Shown here piece by piece: positions 30,891 through 45,200 of a stretch of 64,000 bases of DNA (position 1 is the stretch's first letter; each line of letters begins with the position of its first letter). Source of the DNA: the human T2T-CHM13v2.0 reference genome, Homo sapiens; NCBI RefSeq assembly GCF_009914755.1, contig NC_060935.1; one strand, written 5' to 3'. Both the position numbers and the translations under genes were made by a program. Under the pieces are notes generated by a model that was given only the letters and a program-made list of their open reading frames with translations, did not search any database and was not told where the DNA came from.

Positions 30891-33800
30891 CGGACACAGG
30901 GAGGAGTATGAATGTCAGGGCAAAAATAGGGCATTTCTGAGTCCCTAGCCATCATACCATCAATGAAGAAAATAAATTTCAACCTAAACCCTAAACATTT
31001 ATTATTATTAACTTGTATTGGTAGTTTTTTAATCACTTACATGACAGATTCCACCCTTCCCCTATTCTCTCCACAATACTGTGGGGACAGCAGAAATATT
31101 CGACAGATTATTAAATCCAGGATTATTGAGGCTAAGTAACTTGTTCTGTAACACAAGCTGGTTATGAGGATATGACTAGAATCTATCTGCCTTCAAATAT
31201 AATGCTCTTTTAACATACCTTGTTTATTTTTTCAAATTCATTCTTCAGGAATTTAAAAAGGGAATTTATCATGTATAAATATAACTGCAGTATTTAGTGT
31301 CAAGACCTCACTGCTTAACAAAACCAGAACTTTATTCCTCTTATAGGATAGCATTTTTGGGTATTTCTTGGATAACAACAGTAAACTTTGTATACCAAAG
31401 AAATCTGCGAAATGAAACTATGAATTATCACTATTAATTAAAAAATGAGAAAAAGAAGGAAATAATTGCCTTTTACAACTTATCCCTCAAAACTGGTACA
31501 TGGTAGGTGTCCAAGGAATGTTTAGATAATTGCTATAGAAGTTCAAATGCTCAAAGGATAAATGGCTTAACACAAGGTAAAAATAAAAGCTTACAGTAGA
31601 GAATAATTATATTTGACTAATTAAAATATGAACTTTGCTCACTTCATTGTGTTTGGATTATATGTATAAAGGTAGTGATCTAGCTATGCTGAAGCTATCT
31701 CTACTCTGTTATTTTTATGTAGAAGATTGTACACAGGTAACCCGCATATATTATCAAGCAAGAATAAGGAGAAATTATATTTGGTGTTGACAGGTTATTC
31801 TGGAAGCTGTAGTGATACATTTGCCACTGAAAGAATTGTTTTGAAACACACACACACACACGCACTCATGCACATACAGAGAATATTGCTCTTCATTATT
31901 GACACATTTTTTCCAATAATAAAGATAGGCATCAACATGTAATTAAGAAGCATTAGGAAAAATACCCGTGGAAACTACAATTGTGAGAAAAATTAGTACA
32001 TTTTCTGGAAAGAAATGCAGTGCTTCCATGTATCATCTAAGAGCTTTAATCCAACAATCATTTCATCTCCAGTAATTTATTCTAAGTAATCAAAAGACAA
32101 GACAGGCAATTTTGCATAAATATGTTGAAGAGAGCATGACTTATGACAGTGAGAAACTGGAAATTACCTAAATATCCAACAATACAAAATGACAGGATTT
32201 GGTATCTCGGTAGAATTGAATCTTAATCACCTACTAAAATGTTTTTAAAGAATATATAGTGACAAAATAATTACACGTGATGATGTTAAATGAAAGATCC
32301 AAAGAAAATATGCCTACATTTTGACAATGTTTATGTAAGTAAATTTAAAAAATATATTTCAGTTTTTACACAATTGTAGTTTACAAATTTTCTTGAATAA
32401 TCATGACTATAGATAGAATATTGGGAGAACATATTATTTATTAATATTGCTAAAGGTCTGTGGTAGAAAATAGACTGAATTCGTGGTTAGAAAACCTGAG
32501 CCCCAAATGAATACACTTGAGGGTTCATCTTTGTGATCACAAGCCAATTATTTAACATTTGGGGTCTCAGTTTACCCTTTTGTTAAAAGAGTAGCATAAA
32601 TTCCAGAGGTCTAGAATTCAAATATTTTCAGAGGTCCATCAGATAATATAAAAGCATCAGGAAACTCAGATTCAGACATTCATTCAATGAAGAAATATTG
32701 ACTGCTTATTAGATGTCAGGCTCTGTGCTGGACACTGGGAATACAGTAGTGGGAGAAATAGAGGTGGCTAGCTGCTTATATTGTGATCAAATCTTAATAT
32801 TTTCCTAGAGATGGAGAAGTAGGGTAGGACACAGTAAAATAGCTGCAATAAAATCAATACTTTGCATGCAGTGTCTCAGTTTATTCTCTAAACAACTCTA
32901 AGAAATACCTATTATTTTCTCCATTTCTCCATTCTACTGGTGAAAAAAAAAATAGGGAATTTAACTGACTTGCCCAATTTCATAAAGGTATTAAGTAACA
33001 GAAAGACATAAAGTAATTATATTAAATAATGAAAACTTTGTGATATTAAACAATTCACTCAATCTTTCTATCAGTTTCTAAATAAGAAAGAGACAAAAGC
33101 TTGAGTAGATTTCCATTAAGCTTTCCTTTCAATTCATAAACACTATGATTCTATTTTCAATCTAAATTTAGCTCTGTAAACCATATACCAGTGATCCCAT
33201 CTACATATATTAAAACAACCTATTTTCCTATTATCACCAAAAAGCAAGTGTAATTTGATTTTGCTTTTATGTCCCTTTAAGGATGCAGTGGGAGAAATAG
33301 AGTGATCACCTTGGGGCTCTGGAATATTCTCATTTGGAGTCTACTTTTGATTTTGCAAAAAGTCAGCTTCCTCAATATGTTATCAGCTCTGCAGAAGATC
33401 TTAAAAGTCTGCTGACAATTGTCACCTCAAACATTAATTCATTCAGTGTTTCTTCACAACAGAGAATTACTGTTGCTGAGTTAAATTAAATGAAAAAAAG
33501 AAAAAGTGTAAAACAATTTAAAAGAAACTAAAACTCAAACTAAATGATAGACATGAATTAGATAATGTTCTTCTCTGATTGCATTGGTGAAATTAGAAAA
33601 TTCTAATTTAGAATCAAAGTCCAGCTTATCTTTGAAGGAAATAGAATAGAATAAAATACTGAAAAATGAATAGCTAGCATAAAAGCCTAGGTCAAATGTA
33701 ACATCAATCGAGCATCTTCTTTTAGTCTTCTACTGAGAATTAATTGCTCTGTTCATGGTTCTCCTAGAGGACATTATAAATGCTTTAGAAGGCTTATTAG

Positions 33801-34359
33801 TCTGTCCTGAACTCGTTTATGTAACTGTCTCTACCAATAAATATTGAGCTATTAAAGGGCTGTGGCCAGGTTATTTATATCTCTATGCACCCGGATCATG
33901 ATGGTCTGAACGTAGCAGACATTCCATATATATTTCTAAATGAAAAAATGAATAATTCAAATAAAATTACATTTTTCTATTGAAATGTGACTTTTCCTCT
34001 ACTTGAATATGACCTAGAGCAAGCCATTTACCTCTAGATCTCAATTTGCTCATCTGTAGAAGCAGGTATGCATCTGCATCACCTCTAACATAAAGTTTTA
34101 GATGTGAAAGGATGCAATCAATCTAAGAGCCATTTAGGATAACTGTGGAAGAAAAAAGATAAAAGACAATTCTTAGGGGTCAACAATAGGTTCAAAACTA
34201 GTCACTCATCCTCTTAATGGCTTCATTTTCCTAGTTCTCAATCTCTGAACCTGAGTCATCTTTGACTCTCACTCTTTCTCATTCTTCTTTGTTACCAAGA
34301 TCTATCTTCTTAGTTCTCACAATATATCTTATCTCATGTATTGGTTTATGACAAGATTA

Positions 34360-34500
34360 TCCAATTCAGTCATTTTATAAACATTTATTGAACACCTACT
34401 ATCTGCCAGACACTGTGCTAGGTATTGTGGGTACTCTGATGAACTCAGTGGCTTCAGCCTCTGCTCCCATGGAGCTTATATTCTAGTAGGATCTAAAAAC
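34360..34500 (-). mobile_element. L2 3' end
   Basis: aaacatttattgaacacctactatctgccagacactgtgctagg. Confidence 0.75.
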
Positions 34501-36160
34501 AAACAAATATTCAATAATACACAATGATTAGTTTTTGACATGGAAAAATGGCACCTATCACATGCTGGAATAAGGAAATTTTCTTAAAGAAATGATATCA
34601 CTACCACCACAATGACTACACAAGGGATCATCATCATCATCATCCTAATATGTAATAAGCTGCTACTAATTTATCCTTAAATTGTTATAAGATAGGTACT
34701 ATTAGTCCTACTTTACAAATAAGGATAGTGTATCTAAGCAAAAATAACTTGACTAAGATTGCATAACTAATTTAACATTTAACTCCTGAGTCTGTGACCT
34801 TGAGCAGTAACACTGCTTAAGATATTCTGATACCAGAGGAATCAACAGGAATAAGAAAAAGAAGAGCTCAGTTAATTTTCCAGAAGTAAGAATAACATGT
34901 ACAAAACTCAGGAGATGAGAGAGAAGAATATATTAAGATAATTGAAGAAAGTTCAGCGTGTACAAATCCTGGGGCAGTGGGGAGTAGGGTAGGGAAAGTA
35001 ATGATAAGATAATGAAGCTAGAGATGTTAGCAGAAATTAAATTATGTAGGGCTTTATAAGTCAAATTAAGGTATTTAAACTTTATGTTAAAGGCAACTAC
35101 TGCAATAGGTATCCTACTGGCATTCATTTCATCTTCCTGATTTATGTGAGGCTACTGTCATTCAGGCAGTGTTCTAAGTGCTAGAGATGGCATGGAACAA
35201 AATAAGCAAGGTCCTTAATCTCAGGAAGATAATTTAAAAAATAAACCAGAAAGTAAAATGTATTGCTAAGTGCTACAATGGACTGAAAATAGGATGTGAC
35301 GGGAAATGACAAGGTCAACACCAGATGATATTAAAAGGTCTCTCAGAGGACACTGATTTTCATCTTTGTCTTTGTAGTCATGATGGTTTACACTCAAAGC
35401 TGTAGCCAAAATAATGTTTGTGATAATCTCTTCTAAATAGTTTTTCAAAATATATTTTAACAAATAATATGTTCCTTTAAGAAAGGTCGATAGATTTAAA
35501 GTAAAAGGGAACTTTTAAAAAATTTCTACTCCCAAGTGATAATTATTTTTAACTATTTGGTATATATTCTTCTTGATAGTTTTTACCTAAATTAATAATA
35601 TAAATATTTGTTTTCACATAAATGAGATAGAAGTTACTGTTTGGTATTTGTTTTGGTTTGTTTTTTAACATATGATAAATATTATTCAAGGCTAGTACAT
35701 AAAAATATAATTCATCATTTTGGAAAACCATAATTATAAGCATTTTGTTCAAGGTTAATGCCATAAATTATTTAAAATATTCCAATTAATGGGCATTTCC
35801 TTTGATGCCAATGTAACAGTACTAGGCAATATACTACTACAGATTGTTATGTATGATCATTCTTGAGTATTTCTCAATTGTTACCTTAGCATGCATTTTT
35901 AGAAGAATTGCCAAATACAAGGGTATGCACATATTAAATACTGAAGTATTCTGTCATATTATTTCCCAGGAAGTCTATACCAAGTTATAGTCTCATAATT
36001 ATGCACAATTTACATCAATGATAATAGTTACTTTTCTATATCTTCGTCAGTACTAATTATTATTAATCTTTTAAAATACTTATTAATCTAATAGGTGAAA
36101 ATGCCACATTACTTTAATTCACATTCCATTGCTAACACTATTCAACATCTTTGCATATAA

Positions 36161-36310
36161 GCATCCATTTATGAGGGACAATCTGTAATGCTACGTAATC
36201 CTCTGCAAAAAAAAAAAAAAAATCCTAGAACTCTTCACTGTCAATTGCACCCATTTATAAGGAAAAATCTGTAATACCATGTAATCCTCTGCAAAAAATC
36301 CCAGAACTCC
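36161..36310. repeat. Degenerate tandem duplication, period about 86 bp
   Basis: ccatttat..gg..aatctgtaat...gtaatcctctgc(A)ntcc.agaactc occurs twice. Confidence 0.85.
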
Positions 36311-38254
36311 TGTCTATTAGAAAGGTGTTTGGACTTCTTAATTTGACATTCATGACTCTCTGCCTAAAATTTACCTTTCTAGGCCTCTGGTCTGAAATTT
36401 CCTTACATGGCTCCTAAGTTCTCTTCAAATAGGTTTGCTCACTGATCTTTCATTATACTTTTCTTTCCCACATCTGCACCTGTGATCATGCTGTGGAATT
36501 TACAACCCCATCATTCAAGCCTTAGATCAAATTCTGCTTCTCTCCAGGAAACCATTCCTATTATTCTAGTCATAACTGACCTCTTTTTTGAATGTCTTCA
36601 GTGCATTTCTTTTTCTCCTCTTAAGGCACTGATCACATTCTACTTTTCTTTGTTTTCCTAGTAGATTGTTAGCTATACAAAAGCCACCTTTAGCATGGTA
36701 GCTGGAAGACAGTAGCTACTCAAATACTTCTAAAAGAAATAATTGATTTTACAAAAAATTAATTCTATGTATTCCACACCTCAGAGTGCATTAAAAAAAT
36801 GAAAACATTTAACATTTTCAACAGGATTTTAATTTTAACAGTGGAAAGTATACATAATTTAAATGCACAATATTAGGGAAGTGGATAAACCGCAGCATAT
36901 TCATGGAATTTTATGCGTACATGATAACAATTTGTAAACAGAGAGTACAGAAATGTATATAATGTGTGTCACTGTTATGCAAAATAAACAACACACACAC
37001 ACATGGAAATACTCCAAAATATAAATTATAATTGTCTTTGTATGGTGGACCTCTTCTAAATATTTTTTCTATAAACTTTCCTATGCTTTCTAAATTTTCT
37101 ATATTAAGCATGCATGGTATTACTTTAAATAGCTTTATTTCCATCTTTCTTTAAAATAAGTACAATTGCAAAACTGCAAGATAAAATTTTTAAAAATTAA
37201 TTGATGGATTAAATGGCAATTGTGACACATAAGTGAAACTGTCTAAATTCCTTTTGGACAGCTGACAAGAAGATAAATGCCTCTGTTTCTATATTCAAGT
37301 AAAAACAAGTGCACTCGCATTATGAAAGGGGAGTGGGAAGGAAAAGGAAAATGATCTTTATGTTCTTGCTACAGAAACAAGAAAATAAAAAGGGGAAGAA
37401 AAAGGTCATAGGAGACATTGATGCGTTAAGCTCCTCTTTCTACCTGGTGGTGTAGTATCAATTCTGCCCCAAGACCAGTTCAATCCCTTCCCCCCTGGAA
37501 AATCTTCCCTGGACCCTCGCATGTACCAGTCTCTACTTTCTCTGAATTGTGTTTTATTTACTACAAGTGTCATATTTGAAAGCATTTTATATGTTTCTAA
37601 ATCATTTCTACTTTTTAATTCTTTCTCCATATCCAGGATCCAAGGTCATCAAGAGCAGGGGGCCATAGAGCTTAATTTTTTTTAGTGTTATTCAAGCATC
37701 TAAAACAGCCAGACACACTACATGCTTAGTAAGTATCTTCAGATGAGCCCTTTTCAATGAGATAGTGAGTCACTGGAATGTCTTACTGTAAAAGAGAAAG
37801 GGATCTAAAATTTATTGAGCCACAACTATAATTCAAGTGATTTACGATAACTATTATATATTTTATGCTAACTCTTAAACAAGGTATTCTCTCCACTTGA
37901 GAGTCAGAAGCAAGTATACAGATAGAACTTATTTCCACGAGGCTCCAAAGTCCTTTCTTCTACCCTGTAAAGTTGAGAAAGCCACATAAAACCTTCCACT
38001 TCTTGATGCATAGCCTTGCTTGAGCTAAACTAGAGCAGGCTATAATGATGTCCTCATAAGGAAAGATGTAAGATTTTTGGGGGGGCAGGGAGAGCAGACC
38101 AGTAAATGTCATTTCTGCAGGAAAGTGAAGTCAGTGGACTTTTAAAATTTCATACTCTGTCTCCTGAACTTATTAAATAAAGAGTCAGGTAAAGATTTCT
38201 AATATTCTAAATTCAGTTTACTCCTTTTTTTAATGAATATAATTCCTACAGTGG

Positions 38255-38480
38255 GAAGTGCATGGACTCTAGAGCAAGACAGACCTAAGTTCAAATTCTG
38301 GGCTTTACCTCCTCCTATCTCTGACTTTAATCAGGTTATTCTCATTTATCTAGTAAGTATTGATCCCCATATCTAATGAAAGAGACAATCACCCCACAGA
38401 GTTGATTCAAGGTTGAAGTAAGGTAACCTAATCTCTAATATGGTACCTGGCCTCTGGTAAGCACTCTAAAAATGTTAGTG
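38255..38480 (+). mobile_element. MIR
   Basis: ggactctagagcaagacagacctaagttcaaattct...gtaagcactc. Confidence 0.7.
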
Positions 38481-39419
38481 GTCTCCCCTCATCCCAACAT
38501 CCTTTGTCCTCTGAGATAAGAATAGTTCTTTACTGCAGACATAACACATGACTCTAACAACCAGTCTCTCTGAACAGCTTTTCTTTGGTTTGGTGACCTA
38601 AGGAGAAGGTCTTGTGTCAGATAACAATTCCTGTGTCAAGATAGGCTTGAGAAAAGCAACCTCTAACCACAAATTGAAGACAATTCCTTATAAGCATCTC
38701 TCTAGAGGCAGTGAGCAACAGGAGACTGTGCGACTTTTGACTTTAAAGGCAGCACCAGGATCCAATTCCTCTCATACACAGAGCACCTAGCAAAGGCCCT
38801 GGCACTGGCCAGTGAGCAGTATTAGACATGTGGCCCAACTCATTCAAGGCAAAATTCCTTCTTGAACATTTTATAACACAAAAGACAAAAATAAACACAA
38901 TCATATCTGATCCTATTTCTTCTTTGTTTGTGTGTTTGTTTTTACCACAGTCCCTAGAGATACAGACTTGACCTAGGGTAGAAACAAGCTGCACCACCTC
39001 CAGCAATGGTTCTGAAAAGGCACTCTTCACACACTTATCTGCTGAAGCAGTGACTCATGAAATTCACAACGTGCTAAGATTCGGTGAGAAACACTTCATA
39101 TCAAATTAACATAAGCAAAAGGTTACTTGAGGGAACACTGCACTACTTTTTTAGGTGACCCAGTTATGGCTAAATTTGGAAAGTTGGCAAGGCTGATTCT
39201 TCCCTTGAAAACAGATCTCACAGAAATATAAGATACTATGAAGCCTCAGGGCCCAGTTTTTTGCCGTGGCATCCATAGTGAGTAGGGCCACTTGACAAAG
39301 TCAGACACTGTGGATGTGTCTGGTCACTTCAGGTTGCCACTGAGATAACCGTTTTCTAGAGTATGCTTTGTGAGACAGAAATCAGAGGACAAATCAAACT
39401 ACAAACAATTAAACAAAAA

Positions 39420-39680
39420 CTTAAATACTGATAAGTATATGCCAAGCACTGTTTCAAGTGCTATGTAAATGTTTATTCCCATAATAATCTTATGAGGCAC
39501 TTACTATTATCTGCTCCACTTTTTAAATAAGTAAATTCAAATAGAAAGAGGGTCACACATCTAGTAAGTGGCACAGGGCCATAGATTTAGTAAGTGGCAG
39601 AACCTGAATTGAAACAGAGGCAGTTTGGCTCCAGAATCTCTGTTCTTGATCCCTACGCTGCCTCTTAATGCTACGTGATG
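39420..39680 (-). mobile_element. MIR
   Basis: ggtcacacatctagtaagtggc...cagtttggctccaga. Confidence 0.75.
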
Positions 39681-39744
39681 TTACTACATATAGTAAGACA
39701 ACACCTACCATTTGGTTTCTGGCACAAAGTGTCTCTGGGAGGCA

Positions 39745-39990
39745 ATGCATTGGAGTGGTTTAGAATGCTGACTCAAGAGCAAACTGCTTGGCTTCAATCC
39801 TGCATTCTGATCTCGAGAGCTAAGTGTTCATGGGTAAGTTAGTTAACCTCTCTGTGCTTCGGTTTTCTTATCTATATATTGGGTGCAATAATAGACCCTA
39901 TCTCAGTGGCTTTGGAGGACTAAATGAGTTAATACCTATAAAGTACTAAAAACATTACTTGAGAAGTAGTAATAATAGTCAATAGTTGTT
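39745..39990 (+). mobile_element. MIR
   Basis: aagttagttaacctctctgtgcttcggtttt...aaatgagttaatac. Confidence 0.8.
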
Positions 39991-41469
39991 AAGTGTTATT
40001 GTTTGTTAAAAAGAGAGATACTATCTTGTCTCAGAGTTACAAAAGAAGCACCGTAATTCTCGCAGTTTTTGGTGAGAAGACATAGTAGTTGGAAAAATAT
40101 AAACTGTGCTATCTGATGAACTCCAGTTAAGGTCAACCCAAGCCAATGGAAACCTTGGGAAAGGCACTTAATTACACTAGGCCTCAGTTTCTCCAACTGC
40201 CGATGATTAACACACCTCTGCCATAGATGGGATGAAAATTATGAGTTAATATGTATAAAAATTGGAAAATGAAACCTTTGATTACTGATAATTTGGTAAT
40301 CAAATAGGATTATCAGATTCCCTGCCTTCCCTTTTTTATGATTGGATATACTAGTAGAGGATGTTGAGTGAATTAGCCAAACTCCAGCATCTTTTGCCAA
40401 CATAAAATGACACATGGACTGGCAGCATTTAATGGTTAGGCCCAAAGCAATCTCAGTATTTAAGAATATTTTAAATTATCTATAAGAATATAATTTGGAA
40501 ACAATCTAAATGTCCAGTAATAGGGGGTATGATAATTAAATATATGTTGGGGAATAGGTTATTCTATGAAATCCTTTATGCTTTTTTGCCTTTAACCCAA
40601 CAATTCCACATTTATAAATTTATCTTATGGCATACTACTACTTGTATGCTAAGATACATATGTAGGGATAATAATTGTAGCAATATTAATAATAGCAAAC
40701 AGCTGGAAGTAATCCAATATTTATCAGTGGGGCACTGATGAAATACATAAAATGAGATATGTGGATGATACTGAAGGAAAAAGCTTTTCATGATGCCACC
40801 TCTGAATATTGCCAGTAATATTTGTTTTATTCCTTATATTTTTGTATTTTATAACTTTTCTATAATAAACATATTAATATCATAAAATTAATACTAATTA
40901 TTATTCTGTAGTGAGCATATATTACTTTTGCAACCAGGTAACAAATATTTTTTAAAAATTTTTTGCAAGATTTTTTTTGCCCTTAATACTTCCTATGAGT
41001 TCCTTAAATAAAGAAAAATTTTTTAAAAAACATGACAACTTCATCAATATAGTCATATCACCAGGTCATAAAAGGTTCCAGATAGTGACCTAAACCAGAA
41101 TTATCTTGGAAGAGAAGTCAGGTGGATTGGTAGGTCCTATCCACTGAAAGACACAAAATCTACTCCACTACTGATGAATAAAGGGAACAAGGGGTAAGCC
41201 AATGGTGGAAGCCTGAACCACCAGGTCAATGGCAAGCCCCTCCCCTGGCCTGGCCTCCAGGACCTGTTGACAGTGTCCTTGCCCTCCTCACTTTTCCTTC
41301 CCTGGCCTTGCCAATCCTGACTTTATAGCTTCAGCCTATTCATCTTTTCTGGGAGAGGTGACCCAACCCAAGGGTAACAGCTTGAGGGTGTAGCACAGGC
41401 CATTCATTCCCAGACCAGCATCCCAGTCATACATAGCCACAGATTACTGTTCCACCTTTTCTCCCTCTG

Positions 41470-41635
41470 GAATTCATACACGCTGTTTCCTCTGCCTGAA
41501 ATATTCTCCTCCCTCTCCTGCCAAGTTTCTTCACCTGGATCTTTCTTCTTTATTTATCAACTCAGATGCCTCTTACTCTAGAAAGTCTACCTTAACACAT
41601 TAGTCTGGGATATGTGTACCACTGTCTGTTAGATG

Positions 41636-41681
<46 letters not shown>

Positions 41682-41890
41682 TATGTTTCCCAATGGTTTA
41701 TGCCTCTAACTGAGCTAAACACTCCCTATTCAAATCTACTATTTACTTACCGGCTTCTCAAATAATACTGTCAAATTTTTGAGGCCAAGGACCATGTGTT
41801 ATTAATAGTTTTGTCCTTAGTACCAATCAAAGTTTTGGCATATAGTTTGAGGTCAGCAAACATTTATTTTATTGTATGAATAAATAAATG
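41470..41890 (+). mobile_element. L2 3' fragment containing a (CA)n
   Basis: ctgtttcctctgcctgaaat...tgaggccaaggaccatgt...atgaataaataaatg. Confidence 0.65.
41641..41679. repeat. (CA)n microsatellite
   Basis: Directly visible. Confidence 0.97.
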
Positions 41891-42544
41891 ATGAGTGTTA
41901 AAGGCAACAGACAAAGGTCCATATGCCAGTTTCTACATTGACAGTAGAGAAAACGCCATTTACTAAGAAGAAAAGGAAGTGCTGAGTAGTGACTGTGTGA
42001 CCAGTGTTGTCAACTATTGAACAATATGGTTAACAGTATATACAGATGAACAGAGACAGTTCATGAGGTCCCTGGAAGCCTGATGGGGTCAGATGCTTGA
42101 AGAAGCTTAAAATTCTATCATTATTAGTCTCCTGCCTGAGACTCTTGACTTTACCACTCTAATTGTCACCCAAGTGCCTCTATGCTACTATTTTTATCAG
42201 TGGCCCAAGTGGTGATGCCAGGAAACCAGTAATTAAAATCATTTTTTTAAATAGCTGGTAAGTCAGCTATACACATAACTCCACCTCTTAAGAAACTTAA
42301 ATGAGGAGTGACTACAAAGATTTTTCTGTGCCATTCTTGCCCAAAGAAAGATACTTTCACCATTAGTAGACTCCAAAGAGAAATCAAAGACTATACAATA
42401 CCTTTATGCCAAAGATGTTCACTGCAATGTTGTTTATGCTAGCAAAATATCTGAAGCATCTAAACATACAGCAATGGGAAGAGTTGTAAAAATAATGATG
42501 CAATGGAACCATTATAGTGAGATTTCTTTTCAAAAAGATACATC

Positions 42545-43095
42545 ATTTTTTACAACTATTTTGAAGTATAATTGACTAACAACAACCTATTTAAAGTGTA
42601 CAATTTAGAAGTTTTGAGCCATGCCAACATCTATGAAACCATTAGTTTAATCAAGATAATGAACATATCCATTGCTCTCAAAAGTTTCCTTTGTACTCTT
42701 TCCCTTTACAACTTTTCTCATCCTCAAGCAAGCTTTCTGTCACTACAGATTGAGTTTTCTAGAATTTCATATAGAGGGAAGTATAGGGTATGTACTCTTT
42801 TTTAGCCTGGCTTTTTTCATTTGATATACCTATTTTGAGATTGATTTCTATGTTGCATGTGTCAATAGTTTATTTCTTTCTGTTGCTGAATAGTATTTCA
42901 ATGTATGGAAGTGTCACAATTTTTTTTTTCAGTAGAACCTGTTGATATATATTTGGGTATTTCCACCATTTTTCTATTACAAATAAAATACTATGAACAT
43001 TTAGGGAGAAGTCGTCATTGACTTATGTAGACATACGCATTCATTTCTCTTCAGTAAATACCTAGGAGTGGAATGACTAAGTTGTTTAGTAGATA
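42545..43095 (-). mobile_element. L1MB-type 3' region
   Basis: ttttgaagtataattgac, tttaaagtgtacaatt, gtaaatacctaggagtggaatg. Confidence 0.8.
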
Positions 43096-44699
43096 ACGTT
43101 CATGATGGCTAGCAATGTGGAAAGTGCTTATGGTTAACACTAAGTATTATATAAATGTAAGATTTAAACATAGCCATATGAAAATGAAAATAAGAAAATA
43201 CATTAAAGCTAGAGTGGTAGTTTAATTTGTGTGGTAAGACTAAAGGTAATGTTTTTTCTTTTCTTAGTTCATAAATATTTTATAATATGGTTATATTATT
43301 TTTAACTTTTTTAAATTAAAAAGAAGTAATAATATTTGTTAAGCAACTACTATGTATATACACATACACACATTCCTTTTTGTCTTTACAGCTTCATAAG
43401 ATAATTTTTATTGGTTCAATTTTCACAGATGACTCAATCTGGACTCAGAATGATTACGTCATTTGTCCAATACACCAGAGCTAGTAAGTGGTGTGGCTGT
43501 GATTTGAGTCCAGGTCCACCTCACAAAAAAGATTTTGTTCATTCCAATATGTAAATTCTTAATCATGGATAGCAGCTCATATGTCTTTATAAAATGGGGT
43601 ACACAGTTGGAACCTCACGAATTTCTAAATGCAAATATAAATGATCAAGCTTCTGTTGAACAACTCTGTCCTGCATTGCTCCGTGAGGCAGTTGGGCTGA
43701 TCGAGAACACTGCAAGACGCTGGGGACTGGCTTGATCTAATTTGGAATCCTCCTAGCAACACTATCAGGACAACGGCTCTCTCTTGAGGAACTAAGACTT
43801 CACAGAATGTTCAGGAAAACCAAATCAGGAAGGAAATATCGGTATTTTATATTAAATAATACCATGAGATAGTTTAAAAACACCAGATAACAGTTTATCA
43901 TAACTATATTAGGAAAAGAGTCTCTGTGATCTAAGTCATCAAGGAGACACTCCATTAATGGCAAGTTCCCACAAAAATTTCAGACTAGGTTAGCAGATAC
44001 AGCCAGTTCCCTTCAGAGGAGAGAATTGCTGACTCTTCTATGCCCTACCTACTCAGCTTGGACAAGGTATTGGAACCTCTCTGAGATTTGGTTTCTTCAA
44101 CTGTAAGGTGAAGAAAATAGTATCTATTAAAATAATTTATTTTGCTGGTTAATTGACAAAACACAGGTAACAGTTATCATGGTGCCCTGCACATAGTGAC
44201 CACTCACTAATTATCAACTACTCTTGTTATTGCCATAGTTGTTTTGTTGCTTTTACTAAATACCACAGATACAATGCCTAATTGTCAAGACAAAAGGATG
44301 AGATGAGAAGGATACAAATTAAAAGTTTTTTATCCTTCTTTAGAATGCTTCAATCTCTTTCAGAACCTACTACTCTAAAACTTGCTATCTCAAGTCATTA
44401 AACCTTACAATGGAGATTCCTTGCCTAAGAGCAGCTAATGATCACACTTAGAGAACTCACATCAGAAAGTACATTCTTAGGTTGAAGTGACATCATATGG
44501 TCACCAAGTTGGAGGCAGTCACTGATAATACTTTTATAGATCCTCTCTTTCATATTTGTAAAGTGGGACCTTGCCTATGGATCTTATGTTATTTCTGTAA
44601 TCAGATGGAAAAAGAGATATGAACACATTTGACCAATAGTAAACAACTGTGAATATGTAACAACAGTTTCAGTGAAGTAAGATAACTAGCACTGTGTAT

Positions 44700-45200
44700 T
44701 ATTCAATCATTTATTAATTTTTTCAACAAATATCTTTTGATTGCATAGTATGTGCCTTGAACCCTGCCAGGTGATAGGAAAATAAATGGACAGTAAGTCC
44801 AGTAAGTAGAAGCAAACTATAAACCAATAAGTGCTGTGTTGATATAAAATAATAGAGGCTGGGAAGATTGGGAAAATGAGTATCTTTAGGGAGAGGTGGA
44901 GAATGTCAGTGGCAGCTTTATGAAAGAGGTAACGTCTGAGCTGACACTGCAGCATAAGCCAACAGAAGAAACCGTGTGGGCAAAAGAAGACATGTAAAAG
45001 CCTGACACACTTGTGGAAGGGGCAATTAAAGTCAAGGTCAGACAGACAAGGAGAAGCTAGACCATGACTTGCCTATAGGCAAATATTATAGTGTCTGAAT
45101 TTTAACTAATACCAACAGAGAGAAATAGGTTTTACATAATAGAGAAAGCAGATTAAATCTGCATTTAGAACAATCTTTCTGTCAGTAAAGTGAACTGTAG
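44700..45200 (-). mobile_element. L2 fragment
   Basis: ttcaacaaatatcttttgattgcatagtatgtgcc followed by purine-rich reverse L2 sequence. Confidence 0.6.

Noticed and set aside
30403-31036. 158-164 aa minus-strand ORFs
   Set aside because: Translation of the (TTTC)n STR and antisense Alu
33262-33480. Plus-strand acceptor-like tttgcttttatgtccctttaag|G
   Set aside because: All three frames stop and no convincing donor follows
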